A stretch of DNA of 64,000 nt from Alphaproteobacteria bacterium (GTDB lineage: Bacteria; Pseudomonadota; Alphaproteobacteria; RF32; CAG-239): assembly GCA_047975765.1 (NCBI GenBank), contig JBKEEF010000004.1, positions 7,960 through 71,959 on the forward strand. The letters are read 5' to 3'. Both the position numbers and the translations under genes were made by a program. A model generated the notes under the pieces. That model ran no database searches. It worked only from the letters and a program-made list of their open reading frames with translations, and was not told the DNA's origin. Positions within the stretch are counted from its first letter, which is position 1. Every line of letters starts with the position of its first letter. Below, piece by piece: positions 49,785 through 58,835 of this stretch.

Positions 49785-50057
49785 TTACGCGATTTTTTTG
49801 TGCTTTTTATGAGTTTGGTATGAATAACCATTTTTTATCCTCATTTGATTGGCAGCAGTTTTGTTCTTTTGGAACATAGCTTGCGTAAAACTGGATTTTG
49901 TTTTCCTAACTCCCATAGCTTTTCTAATTTTTTTAATAGATTATCTTTTTTGAGAGCGAAATATTCGTTTTCCCTGATTGATGATTTTTTTATCTCCAAT
50001 TGTTTTTGGAACAGGGATCGTTGTCGCTTTTCTTTGAGGAATGAAAAAATTTCTCAT
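49785..50057 (-). pseudogene. Lys/Arg-rich 90-codon orphan with one internal TAA; SD-less conserved leader
   Basis: MRNFFIPQRKATTIPVPKTIGDKKIINQGKRIFRSQKR*SIKKIRKAMGVRKTKSSFTQAMFQKNKTAANQMRIKNGYSYQTHKKHKKIA*; promoter TTGATT-N17-TATAAA. Confidence 0.5.
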
Positions 50058-50135
50058 AACATTTTAATTTTAATAATTAGTAATAAATAATTGAGTTGAA
50101 CATCCTTTATAATATATATGGACAAAAAAATCAAC

Positions 50136-50168
50136 AAAAAAAGCTCCAAAAATTTTTTGGAGCTTTTT
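50136..50168. terminator. Terminator of pfkA
   Basis: AAAAAAAGCTCCAAAAA-TTTTTTGGAGCTTTTT. Confidence 0.8.
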
Positions 50169-50197
50169 AGATGTCATAAAGCATAAAGTAAGGTGAA

Positions 50198-51280
50198 TTA
50201 TTTCACTTCGCCAATATACATTCCAACAGCTTGAGCAGCTTTCACATAGTCACTGTTTACGTTAAGGAGTGTTGTACCTTCTTTGACAACATCTTCAATT
50301 TTGTACGCGTCAACTTTACCATTTTTCCAAACAACCATTTTGTGGTTTTCGCCGTTTTCCAAAAGTTCAATTGCTTTTGCACCAAAAAGAGTGCCTAAAA
50401 GTCTGTCAGAAGCTGTTGGGTGACCAGAACGTTGAATGTGTCCTAGTGTTGTAACGCGAGTTTGGAATTCTTTATATTTTGAGTTGATTTCAGCACTCAA
50501 ATATTCGCCAACACCACCGTATACAGCTTCGCCAACAAGATTTTGTTTATGGCTTATATGTCCGCCATTTTCAGTTTTCACACCTTCCGAAACAACGATG
50601 ATTGCATGGTTGCGACCAGTTGCTTTAACTTCTTTCATTTTTTTGATGATAGAATCGATAGAATATGGGATTTCTGGGATGATGCAAACATCAGCGAATC
50701 CTGCAACAGCTGAATGGAGAGCAAGGTGACCAGCATCACGACCCATTACTTCAACAATCAAGGCACGGTTGTGTGAACGTGCTGTGAGTTCTAGGCTATC
50801 AATGGCATCTGTACAAACTTGGCAGGCAGTTTCAAAGCCAACAGAAGATTCTGTGATAGGTGTGTCATTATCAATTGTCTTAGGAACGCCAACAACTTTA
50901 ACATCAGTTCCTTTGCAATAGTTACTTGTGATGTTCATAGAACCGTCGCCACCAATGACAACAATTGCATCAAGACCCAAATCTTTAACGCCTTTTGCGA
51001 ATCTCTTTGTCATTTCTTCAAGCGAATCCATCTTAACACCTTTGTTAAGAGAACCTAAATAGGAGCCACTTAGTCTTGGCCATGGTGTTGTTGAGAAATT
51101 GTCAACTGTCAAAACCTCATAGCTATGTGGTTCTTCTGTGATGCCATCAGTTCCATTTTTAATTCCATATACTTCCCAACCTTTTTGAGTAGCCGAATTA
51201 ACAACAGATCTGATGATTGCATTAAGCCCAGCACAGTCACCACCACTTGTTAAAACACCAATTCTTTTTATCTTTGTCAT
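50198..51280 (-). CDS. pfkA: 6-phosphofructokinase (GGDG, ATP-type)
   Basis: LTSGGDCAGLN, IGGDGS, PKTIDND, EVMGR, LGHIQR. Confidence 0.95.
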   Translation of the reverse strand: MTKIKRIGVLTSGGDCAGLNAIIRSVVNSATQKGWEVYGIKNGTDGITEEPHSYEVLTVDNFSTTPWPRLSGSYLGSLNKGVKMDSLEEMTKRFAKGVKDLGLDAIVVIGGDGSMNITSNYCKGTDVKVVGVPKTIDNDTPITESSVGFETACQVCTDAIDSLELTARSHNRALIVEVMGRDAGHLALHSAVAGFADVCIIPEIPYSIDSIIKKMKEVKATGRNHAIIVVSEGVKTENGGHISHKQNLVGEAVYGGVGEYLSAEINSKYKEFQTRVTTLGHIQRSGHPTASDRLLGTLFGAKAIELLENGENHKMVVWKNGKVDAYKIEDVVKEGTTLLNVNSDYVKAAQAVGMYIGEVK

Positions 51281-51404
51281 TAAGTACTCCTATATTTTGT
51301 TGATACTTGTTTTATTTTGTTGTATACTAATACAAATTTTATTTAATAGTTATTACTATAAATTAAAATTTATATATCTTTTTTTATTAAAAGGGTCAAC
51401 AAGA

Positions 51405-51617
51405 ATGAATAATAAAGATAGTTTAAACAAGTTGCAACTGCATTTGTGTGAGCTCAAGCTTGAAGAGAGAAGAGTCAACTTTGAGATTAAGGATATGCTT
51501 AAAAAAAGCAACATGGTAGACTTTTTTCAAGCTCAACAGCTTAACTCAACTAGGGTTGGGATAAAAAATAAAATTAAGACCGTAGAATCTAGCATCATGC
51601 CAAATATTATTGCCTAA
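51405..51617 (+). CDS. DUF465/YdcH-like small coiled-coil protein
   Basis: 70 aa ending PNIIA, as in alphaproteobacterial DUF465 proteins. Confidence 0.65.
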   Translation: MNNKDSLNKLQLHLCELKLEERRVNFEIKDMLKKSNMVDFFQAQQLNSTRVGIKNKIKTVESSIMPNIIA

Positions 51618-51721
51618 GAAAGAAGTTTTTTCTTGCAATCTATTTGATGCTGTGATAATCAAAACGGGAATTTATAATTCAAAAACAATAACAAACTAAA
51701 ATTGAAAAGGTGGTGATTTAA

Positions 51722-51928
51722 GTGGTTCAAGTTACTGTTATCGGTAATGATGTAGGGCAATCTTTGAAAGTTTTGAAAAAGAAAATGCAAAGAGAAGGCG
51801 TTTTCCGCGAGATGAAATTAAGACGTCATCATGAAAAATCTTCTGAGAAAAAAGCTCGTCGCCAAGCGGAAGCTGTTAGACGTGCTCGTAAGCAACTACG
51901 TAAACGCTTAGAGACTGAAGGATTTTAG
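51722..51928 (+). CDS. rpsU: 30S ribosomal protein S21
   Basis: [42 protein letters not shown]. Confidence 0.96.
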   Translation: MVQVTVIGNDVGQSLKVLKKKMQREGVFREMKLRRHHEKSSEKKARRQAEAVRRARKQLRKRLETEGF

Positions 51929-51950
51929 AATTTATTTTCTAAATGAAAAG

Positions 51951-51981
51951 AAAGGCTTAGATGTAAATCTAGGCCTTTTTT
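51951..51981 (+). terminator. Intrinsic terminator after rpsU
   Basis: AAAGGCTTAGAT-GTAA-ATCTAGGCC-T6. Confidence 0.8.
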
Positions 51982-52025
51982 GTTTTTTTGTGTATTATTT
52001 TTCTTGCATGTTATCTTTTTTAATT

Positions 52026-52049
52026 ATACCTTATACCCCTATAAGGTAT
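52026..52049. promoter_or_regulatory. CsoR/RcnR-like operator overlapping the -10 of the five-gene operon
   Basis: Perfect ATACCTTATA-CCCC-TATAAGGTAT; TTGCAT (52004) -N17- TACCTT (52027). Confidence 0.7.
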
Positions 52050-52079
52050 TTAACTGTTAATTAATTATGGAGATTCGAA

Positions 52080-52460
52080 ATGAAAAAATTTGGATATGTC
52101 GTTTTAACAATTGCAGCATTTTTATTTTCAGCTGTGAGTATCAATAAGGCTCAAGCAGAAGATGTGAAAACATATAGCCTTAAATATGAATGGCCAGAAA
52201 AACCAAAAGTGGGTGACCATGTTCTGAAAGTTAGGGTTTTTGAAGACAAAGAAATGGTGAGTGATGTTGATGTCTTGGTTAGCTATGATATGCCTTCGAT
52301 GAGAGGTCATCATGACACGACAGCAAAAATGTTGAAAAATAAAAAAGGTGAATTTTTGCTCCCAATTAATTTTGCGATGAGAGGTGGTTGGGAAATTATT
52401 CTAACTGCACAAAAAGATGGTAAAGAAGTCGCAAAAGAAACAATTTTATTGGATATCTAG
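52080..52460 (+). CDS. Periplasmic YtkA/FixH-like Ig-fold protein with Met/His motif
   Basis: Signal peptide; PKVG, YDMPSMRGHH, FAMRGGWEI. Confidence 0.75.
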   Translation: MKKFGYVVLTIAAFLFSAVSINKAQAEDVKTYSLKYEWPEKPKVGDHVLKVRVFEDKEMVSDVDVLVSYDMPSMRGHHDTTAKMLKNKKGEFLLPINFAMRGGWEIILTAQKDGKEVAKETILLDI

Positions 52461-52463
52461 TCT

Positions 52464-53441
52464 ATGAAAAAACTGTTTTATACATTATTGGGGTTGAGTT
52501 TCTTGACCCCAACTTATGCAAGAGCTTCGAACAGTTTGCTTTTTCTTGAAGCTCAAGGTGTGATGGGTTATTCCACAATGGATAAAGGCATTATCTATCG
52601 TTCAGGACATACGCATGACACAATGCAAAAAAATGGTGTTGGTTTTGATTATCTTCACAAGTTTTCTGGAGATTATGGTGACACTGGTACAGGTGCTTTA
52701 CAAATGCGTATGGTTTGGGATGATGATAGGCAAAAATTTCAGCTCCAAACATATAATGCTTATCTGAAAGCAAAGACAGAACTGGCAGATGTTTGGGCAG
52801 GACATAACCGAATCGCTTATGGCTTAAGTTCTTATTGGGATACACATGCCGACTTGTTGCAACCACTTTCAATGAATGGTTTTGGAGAAGATAGAGATTG
52901 GGGGGTGGGGCTTAGTCGAGATTTTGAAAAAAGTGATTTGGCGTTTGCTTTGACTACAGGTTCGGGAATGGGACTTCGCACAAAAGGAAACTGGCTTGCT
53001 ACATCAAGGGGTTCTTATGGGGTTTTGTCTCAGGACAATTATAATATTGGTTTGTCGGCAATGGTTGGCGAGAAGCTTGAAACGATGGGCTATAAAGTGA
53101 TGGATCCTGATCCTCAAAATGTAGCACTTGGTGCACTGGATTTTTCTTATAATCACAACAGGTTTGAACATAAATTTGAAGTCGATTATGGGCAGAAATC
53201 TTCGAGGCAAGCTTATGCAGGGTTTTATCGTCTGGGGATTAATTTTCTTGATGAGAATCGTCTAAAACTGGAAGGGCAATATGCTTATACACATGAAAAG
53301 GGTAAAGCAAATCAAATCCTAAGTGCAGGAACAACCTATAAAATCAATGCCGATTTAACAACGCGTTTGATGTATCAAAAAGAAAGAGAAATGAATAATG
53401 AAACAGTGGTTTTACAACTCTACTACTATTTTCGGTATTAA
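52464..53441 (+). CDS. Probable outer-membrane beta-barrel
   Basis: Signal peptide, alternating beta strands, C-terminal VLQLYYYFRY. Confidence 0.7.
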   Translation: MKKLFYTLLGLSFLTPTYARASNSLLFLEAQGVMGYSTMDKGIIYRSGHTHDTMQKNGVGFDYLHKFSGDYGDTGTGALQMRMVWDDDRQKFQLQTYNAYLKAKTELADVWAGHNRIAYGLSSYWDTHADLLQPLSMNGFGEDRDWGVGLSRDFEKSDLAFALTTGSGMGLRTKGNWLATSRGSYGVLSQDNYNIGLSAMVGEKLETMGYKVMDPDPQNVALGALDFSYNHNRFEHKFEVDYGQKSSRQAYAGFYRLGINFLDENRLKLEGQYAYTHEKGKANQILSAGTTYKINADLTTRLMYQKEREMNNETVVLQLYYYFRY

Positions 53442-53447
53442 GGAGGA

Positions 53448-54053
53448 ATGATGAAAAAAATATTTCTAACACTAGTTTTGCTCTTGGGCTTTCAAGTAGA
53501 TGTTTTTGCAGCGGTGGGGTGCGATTTGAATGATCCTGACCGTGATGTGAAAAGACTTTTCCCAACGTCAACGGGCTATAAAACAGACTATAAGTCTTTA
53601 GATAGAATGGGCGGAGAGGCAACACTTTTAGATGTTGAAAACCAACTTGGTGATAAATTCACAGGCATTTATGAAACAATTGATGTGCCATACACTGTTT
53701 ATACTGTTTTCAAAGGTAAAGAAGTTATTGGCTATATTCACGGTATTAATCAAAAAGGAAAATATGGTGGACTTCAAGTTTTTTTGGCTTTGAATCCTCA
53801 AGGTAAAATTGAAGATTTCTACTATCAGAAACTCACAAGCCGTGAGGCAGAACAAATGAGATCAAAGGAATTTGCGAATCAGTTTAAAAACATGACTTTT
53901 TCAGATTTCCAAAACTATGATCCAAACACAAAAGCAAATATTCCGAATTCAGTTTCTAAGATAGAAGATGTTGATTTCTATTCTACCCTTCGTGCCATTA
54001 AGAAAAATTTGATTCTGATGAATATCTTTGTTTTTAATCAAAAGGAAAAATAA
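53448..54053 (+). CDS. Periplasmic FMN-binding-domain-like protein
   Basis: Signal peptide, AVGCDLNDPDRDV, GKYGGLQVFLALNPQGKI...F.NQF. Confidence 0.55.
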   Translation: MMKKIFLTLVLLLGFQVDVFAAVGCDLNDPDRDVKRLFPTSTGYKTDYKSLDRMGGEATLLDVENQLGDKFTGIYETIDVPYTVYTVFKGKEVIGYIHGINQKGKYGGLQVFLALNPQGKIEDFYYQKLTSREAEQMRSKEFANQFKNMTFSDFQNYDPNTKANIPNSVSKIEDVDFYSTLRAIKKNLILMNIFVFNQKEK

Positions 54054-54054
54054 G

Positions 54055-55236
54055 ATGAACGTTTTTCAACTCTCATATAAAAATTTATTCAGACGTAAAG
54101 TGAGAACTTTATTCACGATTATAGGTATAACCCTTTCAACTTGGGTTTTGGTAACGCTTCTTGGCTTTAATAAGGGATATGAACACTCACTCAATGATAA
54201 CATTGAGGGAATGGGCTTTCAGATTGTTCTAACGGCTAAGGGTTGTCCTTATGAAGCAGCAACTTTGATGCTTAAAGGCGGAACAGGGCTTCGTTATATG
54301 CCAGAAGAAATGGTGGCAGATGTTGCAAGCAGAAAAGAAGTGGCTCAGGCAACGGCTCAGTTGATGCATGTTGAATTTGATCCAAATAAGGGTGAAAATG
54401 GTGGTTCCGTGGTTTATTTAGGAATTGACCCAAAAACTTTTTCAGAAATGAAGCCATATTTAGAATTCACTCAAGGTAAATGGTTTGATGAACAAACAGG
54501 AAATGTTGTGGTGCTTGGTTATGAAGCAGCTGAATTGGAACAAAGAGAAGTTGGCGATTTAATGCTTCTTCCAGGAAGTGATGCGGAATATGAAGTTGTT
54601 GGTGTTTTGAAAAGAACAGGAACACAAGATGATGGAATGATTTTTTTGCCACTGCAAACAGCCCAAAAAGCTTTTAATAAAGAAAACGAACTAACCATGC
54701 TTGGCATTAGATTGAATAAAGATGTAAATCAAACAGCTTTTGAAGAAGAGCTTTATAAGTTACCCGATGTTCAAGTTGTTTCTATGGCACAGGTTAAAAA
54801 TACGATTATGGGGTTGGTTTCCAGTGCGAAAGTGATTGTCCTTTCAATTGCTTTCATTGCTTTCATCATTGCAATGTTTGGGGTTTTGAATACGGTTTTG
54901 ATGAGTGTTTTTGAAAGATATCAAGAAATTGGCATTTTGAAAAGTATGGGCGCAATGCCAGTTGATATTTTTAAAATGATTTTAATTGAAACAACGATTT
55001 TGTGTTCTGCAGGTGGACTTTTAGGAATTGGTTTTTCTTATGTGTTCTCAGGAATTTCAGAAATTGCAATCAGGTATTTCTTGCCTTTCGCACCAAGTGG
55101 AAAACTCATTTTGATTGATAGCCAAATTGCTTTGTTTGCATTTGTTTCAATCACCTTAATCGGCATTGTCGGTGGAATGTATCCAGCTTGGAGAGCTTCC
55201 AAAGTCAGACCACTAGATAGCATTAGGAGTGAATAG
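54055..55236 (+). CDS. MacB/LolE (FtsX-family) ABC permease
   Basis: KNLFRRKVRTLFT, periplasmic GCPYEAA, SVFERYQEIGILKSMGA, YPAWRAS. Confidence 0.9.
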   Translation: MNVFQLSYKNLFRRKVRTLFTIIGITLSTWVLVTLLGFNKGYEHSLNDNIEGMGFQIVLTAKGCPYEAATLMLKGGTGLRYMPEEMVADVASRKEVAQATAQLMHVEFDPNKGENGGSVVYLGIDPKTFSEMKPYLEFTQGKWFDEQTGNVVVLGYEAAELEQREVGDLMLLPGSDAEYEVVGVLKRTGTQDDGMIFLPLQTAQKAFNKENELTMLGIRLNKDVNQTAFEEELYKLPDVQVVSMAQVKNTIMGLVSSAKVIVLSIAFIAFIIAMFGVLNTVLMSVFERYQEIGILKSMGAMPVDIFKMILIETTILCSAGGLLGIGFSYVFSGISEIAIRYFLPFAPSGKLILIDSQIALFAFVSITLIGIVGGMYPAWRASKVRPLDSIRSE

Positions 55237-55237
55237 A

Positions 55238-55918
55238 ATGAATAGTATTATTTCTGTAAAAAACTTGACTAAGATTTATGAAAGAGGTTCTGAAAAAATC
55301 CGAGCTGTTGATGGTGTGAATCTCGAAATCAATCAAGGAGATATTGTTTCTGTGATTGGTGAGTCTGGAAGCGGAAAGACAACTTTGGTCAATTTGATTG
55401 GTTGTTTGGACAATCCTACTAGCGGTGAACTTCATCTTGATGGGAAACAAATCTTTGCTCAAGGTATTGAGTTGAGTGAAAGTAAATTGACAAGAATTAG
55501 AAGCGAATTTTTTGGATATGTTTTCCAAAAATTCTTTCTTATTCCGACGTTGACAGTTAAAGAGAATATTCTCCTTCCAAGTATATTCCAGTCAAAAGTT
55601 AAAACTTCTGAAAAAGAACTCGATGAAATTATGGAATTGCTCGGAATTTTGAAGCGAAAGAACCATCTTCCAAGTGAGCTTTCAGGTGGAGAAATGCAAC
55701 GTGTGGCGATTGCTAGAGCATTGGTAGGTAAGCCCAAAATTTTGATTGCTGATGAGCCAACTGGAAATTTGGATAGCAAAAGAAGCCAGGAAATTAAAGC
55801 GTTGTTACTTAAGCTCAATAAAGAATTTGGCATTACAATCATTATGGTGACACATAGTCCTGATTTGGCAAAAATTGGCAATCGTGTGATTGAAATTAAA
55901 GACGGAAAAATAAGTTAG
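55238..55918 (+). CDS. LolD/MacB-type ABC ATPase
   Basis: GESGSGKT, LSGGEMQRVAIARAL, ADEPTGNLD, VTH. Confidence 0.93.
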   Translation: MNSIISVKNLTKIYERGSEKIRAVDGVNLEINQGDIVSVIGESGSGKTTLVNLIGCLDNPTSGELHLDGKQIFAQGIELSESKLTRIRSEFFGYVFQKFFLIPTLTVKENILLPSIFQSKVKTSEKELDEIMELLGILKRKNHLPSELSGGEMQRVAIARALVGKPKILIADEPTGNLDSKRSQEIKALLLKLNKEFGITIIMVTHSPDLAKIGNRVIEIKDGKIS

Positions 55919-55932
55919 TTCTTTCTAAGAAT

Positions 55933-55964
55933 AAACCCCCGAGAGGAAGTTGGCTCGGGGGTTT
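55933..55964. terminator. Bidirectional hairpin
   Basis: AAACCCCCGAG-N10-CTCGGGGGTTT. Confidence 0.75.
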
Positions 55965-55996
55965 GTGTTTTCTAAAACAGAGGAGAAGTTTTAGAT

Positions 55997-57262
55997 TTAG
56001 AAATTATATTGGAACTGAACACCATAAATATTGCTATAACTCTTTGAACTAGACTTGAGTGTTGAAGCAAGAGCGGGGTTAGAAGGGTGATCAGAGTTAT
56101 CAATGCTTGCCCCTCTCATAAAGAGGTGAGCATAACCAACATCAAAAGTCATTTGTTTATATTTGTAAGATGCTCCTAAGCTGACCCATTTTCTGTCCGT
56201 GTCAGGAATTCTGGCAGTTCTAAGTTCAGCATTTGGAATTGGTGTTGGATCTTCAGAAATACCTGTTCTGAATGTCCAAGCATCATTATGGTAATAGTCT
56301 AAACCGAGCGCAAATGTCCAAACATTTTTCCATTGTTCAGGAATAACAGTTGTTGTGCCACCGGCATATGAAGATTCAAGAACAAAATTATCAAAAATGT
56401 TCCACTTAGTCCAGCGAGCGCTACCAGATAACCCAAATTTTTCGTTCAAACGGTGGTAGCCGGAGATTGTGAGTTGATTTGGAAGAGTCATTTGGCTTCT
56501 GCCATCATATGTACCATCCATAGCGGGGTTTGTTCTATAAATCGTGTGTTTTCCTTTAACAGTATGAGCAGAATTTAGACGGTAGGCAACTCCAAGTCTG
56601 GTGTTTTGGGTGAATTCATACATCAATCCGAAGTTATAAGCTGTTCCCCAACCGTCTAAATCCATACGATTCCTAGAACCAGGAATAAGGTAAGTAGTTT
56701 CATTAATTAAGTCACCATGCACATAGCGTGCGATGATGGTTGCTCCAGCAGTTAATTTGTTCGTCAATCGATAAGCACCACCAGCAGCAAAATCAATCAC
56801 TTCAAGTTCAGTTTTAACCCCATGAGAAGCACCAAACCAGTCGCCATTATATACGGACGCAAGACCAAAAGGTGTGTACATTCCAAATCCAACAACAGCA
56901 TCATCATCATTTATTTTGTATTGGCTGAAAGCATGAGGAAGCGTGGCATAGTATCTGATTTTTCCTTTAGGTTTATCACCAAGAAAAGCACCATCGGCTT
57001 TACGATAAAGTCCACCTTCAGTGTTAGAATGCATTTCAACTTCTGAAATACCAACTTGTGCTCCAGTTCCTTTCAAAACCATTCCTGCAGGGTTAAAGGC
57101 AATTGCAGAATAGTCATCTCCAACAACACCTGTTCCAGCAAAAGAACGTCCTAAGTTTGTTGCAGAAAATTCGTTCAAGTTATATCCACTTGCTTTTGCA
57201 TTTGTTGAACCGAGGCAAATTGCAGAGAGTGTTAAGAGTGTTAATTGTAGTTTTTTAGTCAT
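55997..57262 (-). CDS. fadL: FadL/OmpP1 outer-membrane transporter
   Basis: SGYNLNE.SA..LGRSFAG, NPAG, PFGL, RIPDTDR.W, C-terminal YNF. Confidence 0.9.
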   Translation of the reverse strand: MTKKLQLTLLTLSAICLGSTNAKASGYNLNEFSATNLGRSFAGTGVVGDDYSAIAFNPAGMVLKGTGAQVGISEVEMHSNTEGGLYRKADGAFLGDKPKGKIRYYATLPHAFSQYKINDDDAVVGFGMYTPFGLASVYNGDWFGASHGVKTELEVIDFAAGGAYRLTNKLTAGATIIARYVHGDLINETTYLIPGSRNRMDLDGWGTAYNFGLMYEFTQNTRLGVAYRLNSAHTVKGKHTIYRTNPAMDGTYDGRSQMTLPNQLTISGYHRLNEKFGLSGSARWTKWNIFDNFVLESSYAGGTTTVIPEQWKNVWTFALGLDYYHNDAWTFRTGISEDPTPIPNAELRTARIPDTDRKWVSLGASYKYKQMTFDVGYAHLFMRGASIDNSDHPSNPALASTLKSSSKSYSNIYGVQFQYNF

Positions 57263-57321
57263 TATCAAGCCTTTTGTTAGGATAATTTGCAAAATATGTT
57301 GCTAAAAATATACACTTATAT

Positions 57322-57372
57322 TACTTTAGTAAAGTAGGTACTTTAGAGGTGCCTAGTATCCAAAAGAAACTA
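57322..57372. promoter_or_regulatory. Three abutting inverted repeats, probable HxlR-family operators
   Basis: TACTTT-AGT-AAAGTA, GGTAC-N7-GTGCC, TAGTATC-CAAAA-GAAACTA between divergent fadL and the HxlR gene. Confidence 0.5.
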
Positions 57373-57406
57373 ACGTAGCTTTTTGTAGAGGTTGAGAGAA
57401 CTCAAA

Positions 57407-57742
57407 ATGTTGGATAAAAATTTAAATATAATTGATGATTTGATTATGGAGCTTATGGGGAATCGGTGGAAGCTGATTATCATTAAGAATCTTATGGACG
57501 GAACGAAGCGTTTCGGTGAGTTGAAACAACAAATTGGTGATATCACTCAGAAGGTTTTGACTGAGAATTTGAAGATTTTAGAAAAACATGGGCTTTTGGT
57601 TAGAGAGGTTTATGCCCAAATTCCACCTCGAGTGGATTATACTCTGACGACGGTTGGAGAAAGCCTTAAACCGATTATAGATGCTCTTGTTGACTGGGCA
57701 ATGGACTATAAATCAAAAATCATGGGACTACAACAAGCATAA
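57407..57742 (+). CDS. HxlR-family winged-helix regulator
   Basis: GNRWKLIII..L.DGTKRFGEL, ITQKVLT..L..LE, PPRVDYTLT. Confidence 0.92.
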   Translation: MLDKNLNIIDDLIMELMGNRWKLIIIKNLMDGTKRFGELKQQIGDITQKVLTENLKILEKHGLLVREVYAQIPPRVDYTLTTVGESLKPIIDALVDWAMDYKSKIMGLQQA

Positions 57743-57843
57743 TATAACTAAAAGAGAGTTGAATAACTCTCTTTTATTGTTTTTGATATAGCTTGAATAA
57801 GGTAAAATTCATTTTTTAATTATTAATAACAGGAGAAAAGATT

Positions 57844-58830
57844 ATGGAAGGTGGAACGCTCATAGTGGTTGTGCTGATTGTGTTGGCACTAGCAATTGTG
57901 AAAAAAGGAATCATCATGGTACAACAAGGAACGGAGTGTACAATTGAAAGATTTGGTGAATATTATGCAACCTTGAAACCAGGACTTCATTTTGTTTTGC
58001 CTTTTTTCTATTCCATTGGTGCGAAAATCAATGTGAAAGAACAAGTTCTAGATGTTCCTTCACAAGAAGTAATTACGCGTGATAATGCAATGGTCAAGGT
58101 TGACGGTGTTGTGTTCTTCCAAGTTCTTAATCCAGTTAAAGCTGCTTATGAAATTACGAATCTTGAAGTTGCTCTGCTTAATTTAGTCACAACAAACATT
58201 CGTACGGTTATGGGCGGAATGGAAATGGATGAGCTTTTATCTCAACGTGACCATATTAATGTTAGACTATTAGGTGTGGTTGATGATGCCACTGGTCCTT
58301 GGGGTGTTAAAATTACACGTGTGGAAATTAAAGATATTTCTCCTCCACGCGATTTGGTTGATGCAATGGCTCGCCAGATGAAAGCAGAACGTGACAAACG
58401 TGCTCAAATTTTGGAGGCTGAAGGTTTAAAACAAGCTGAGATCTTGCGTGCAGATGGTATGAAACAATCTGCAATTTTGAAAGCTGAGGGCGAAAAAGAA
58501 GCTGCTTTTAGAGCTGCTGAAGCTCGTGAACGTTCAGCACAAGCTGAAGCAAAAGCAACAGAAATGGTTTCTCAAGCTGTTGAAAATGGTAGTGTACAGG
58601 CTCTTAACTATTTTATCGGCACAAAATATGTCGAAGCTTTACAATCTATCGCCAGTGCAAATAATCAAAAAGTGATTATGTTACCACTGGAAGCAACAAA
58701 TATGCTTGGTTCAATTGCGGGTATTGGTGAAATTGCTAAAGAAGCTTTTTCAAAAGCTGAAGAAAAAAAGATAACTCATAAAGCTTCTGCATCAACAACA
58801 CGTTCTAAAGGCGAAAAGATTTGGGAGTAG
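57844..58830 (+). CDS. qmcA: SPFH/band-7 protein QmcA
   Basis: ERFG, PGLHF, VITRDNA, PWGVKITRVEIKDI, QMKAER. Confidence 0.92.
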   Translation: MEGGTLIVVVLIVLALAIVKKGIIMVQQGTECTIERFGEYYATLKPGLHFVLPFFYSIGAKINVKEQVLDVPSQEVITRDNAMVKVDGVVFFQVLNPVKAAYEITNLEVALLNLVTTNIRTVMGGMEMDELLSQRDHINVRLLGVVDDATGPWGVKITRVEIKDISPPRDLVDAMARQMKAERDKRAQILEAEGLKQAEILRADGMKQSAILKAEGEKEAAFRAAEARERSAQAEAKATEMVSQAVENGSVQALNYFIGTKYVEALQSIASANNQKVIMLPLEATNMLGSIAGIGEIAKEAFSKAEEKKITHKASASTTRSKGEKIWE

Positions 58831-58835
58831 AAACA

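Noticed and set aside
49845-50090. 81-aa plus-strand ORF
   Set aside because: It is the antisense shadow of the minus-strand basic ORF, which has the promoter and leader.
51213-51404. N-terminal extension of the 134-aa ORF
   Set aside because: It overlaps pfkA and AT-rich promoter DNA; the plausible start is the ATG at 51405.
55223-55881. Long antisense ORFs over the ABC ATPase, and similar shadows over dnaE, tolB, deoB and the TolC-like gene
   Set aside because: These are typical antisense frames of well-supported genes.
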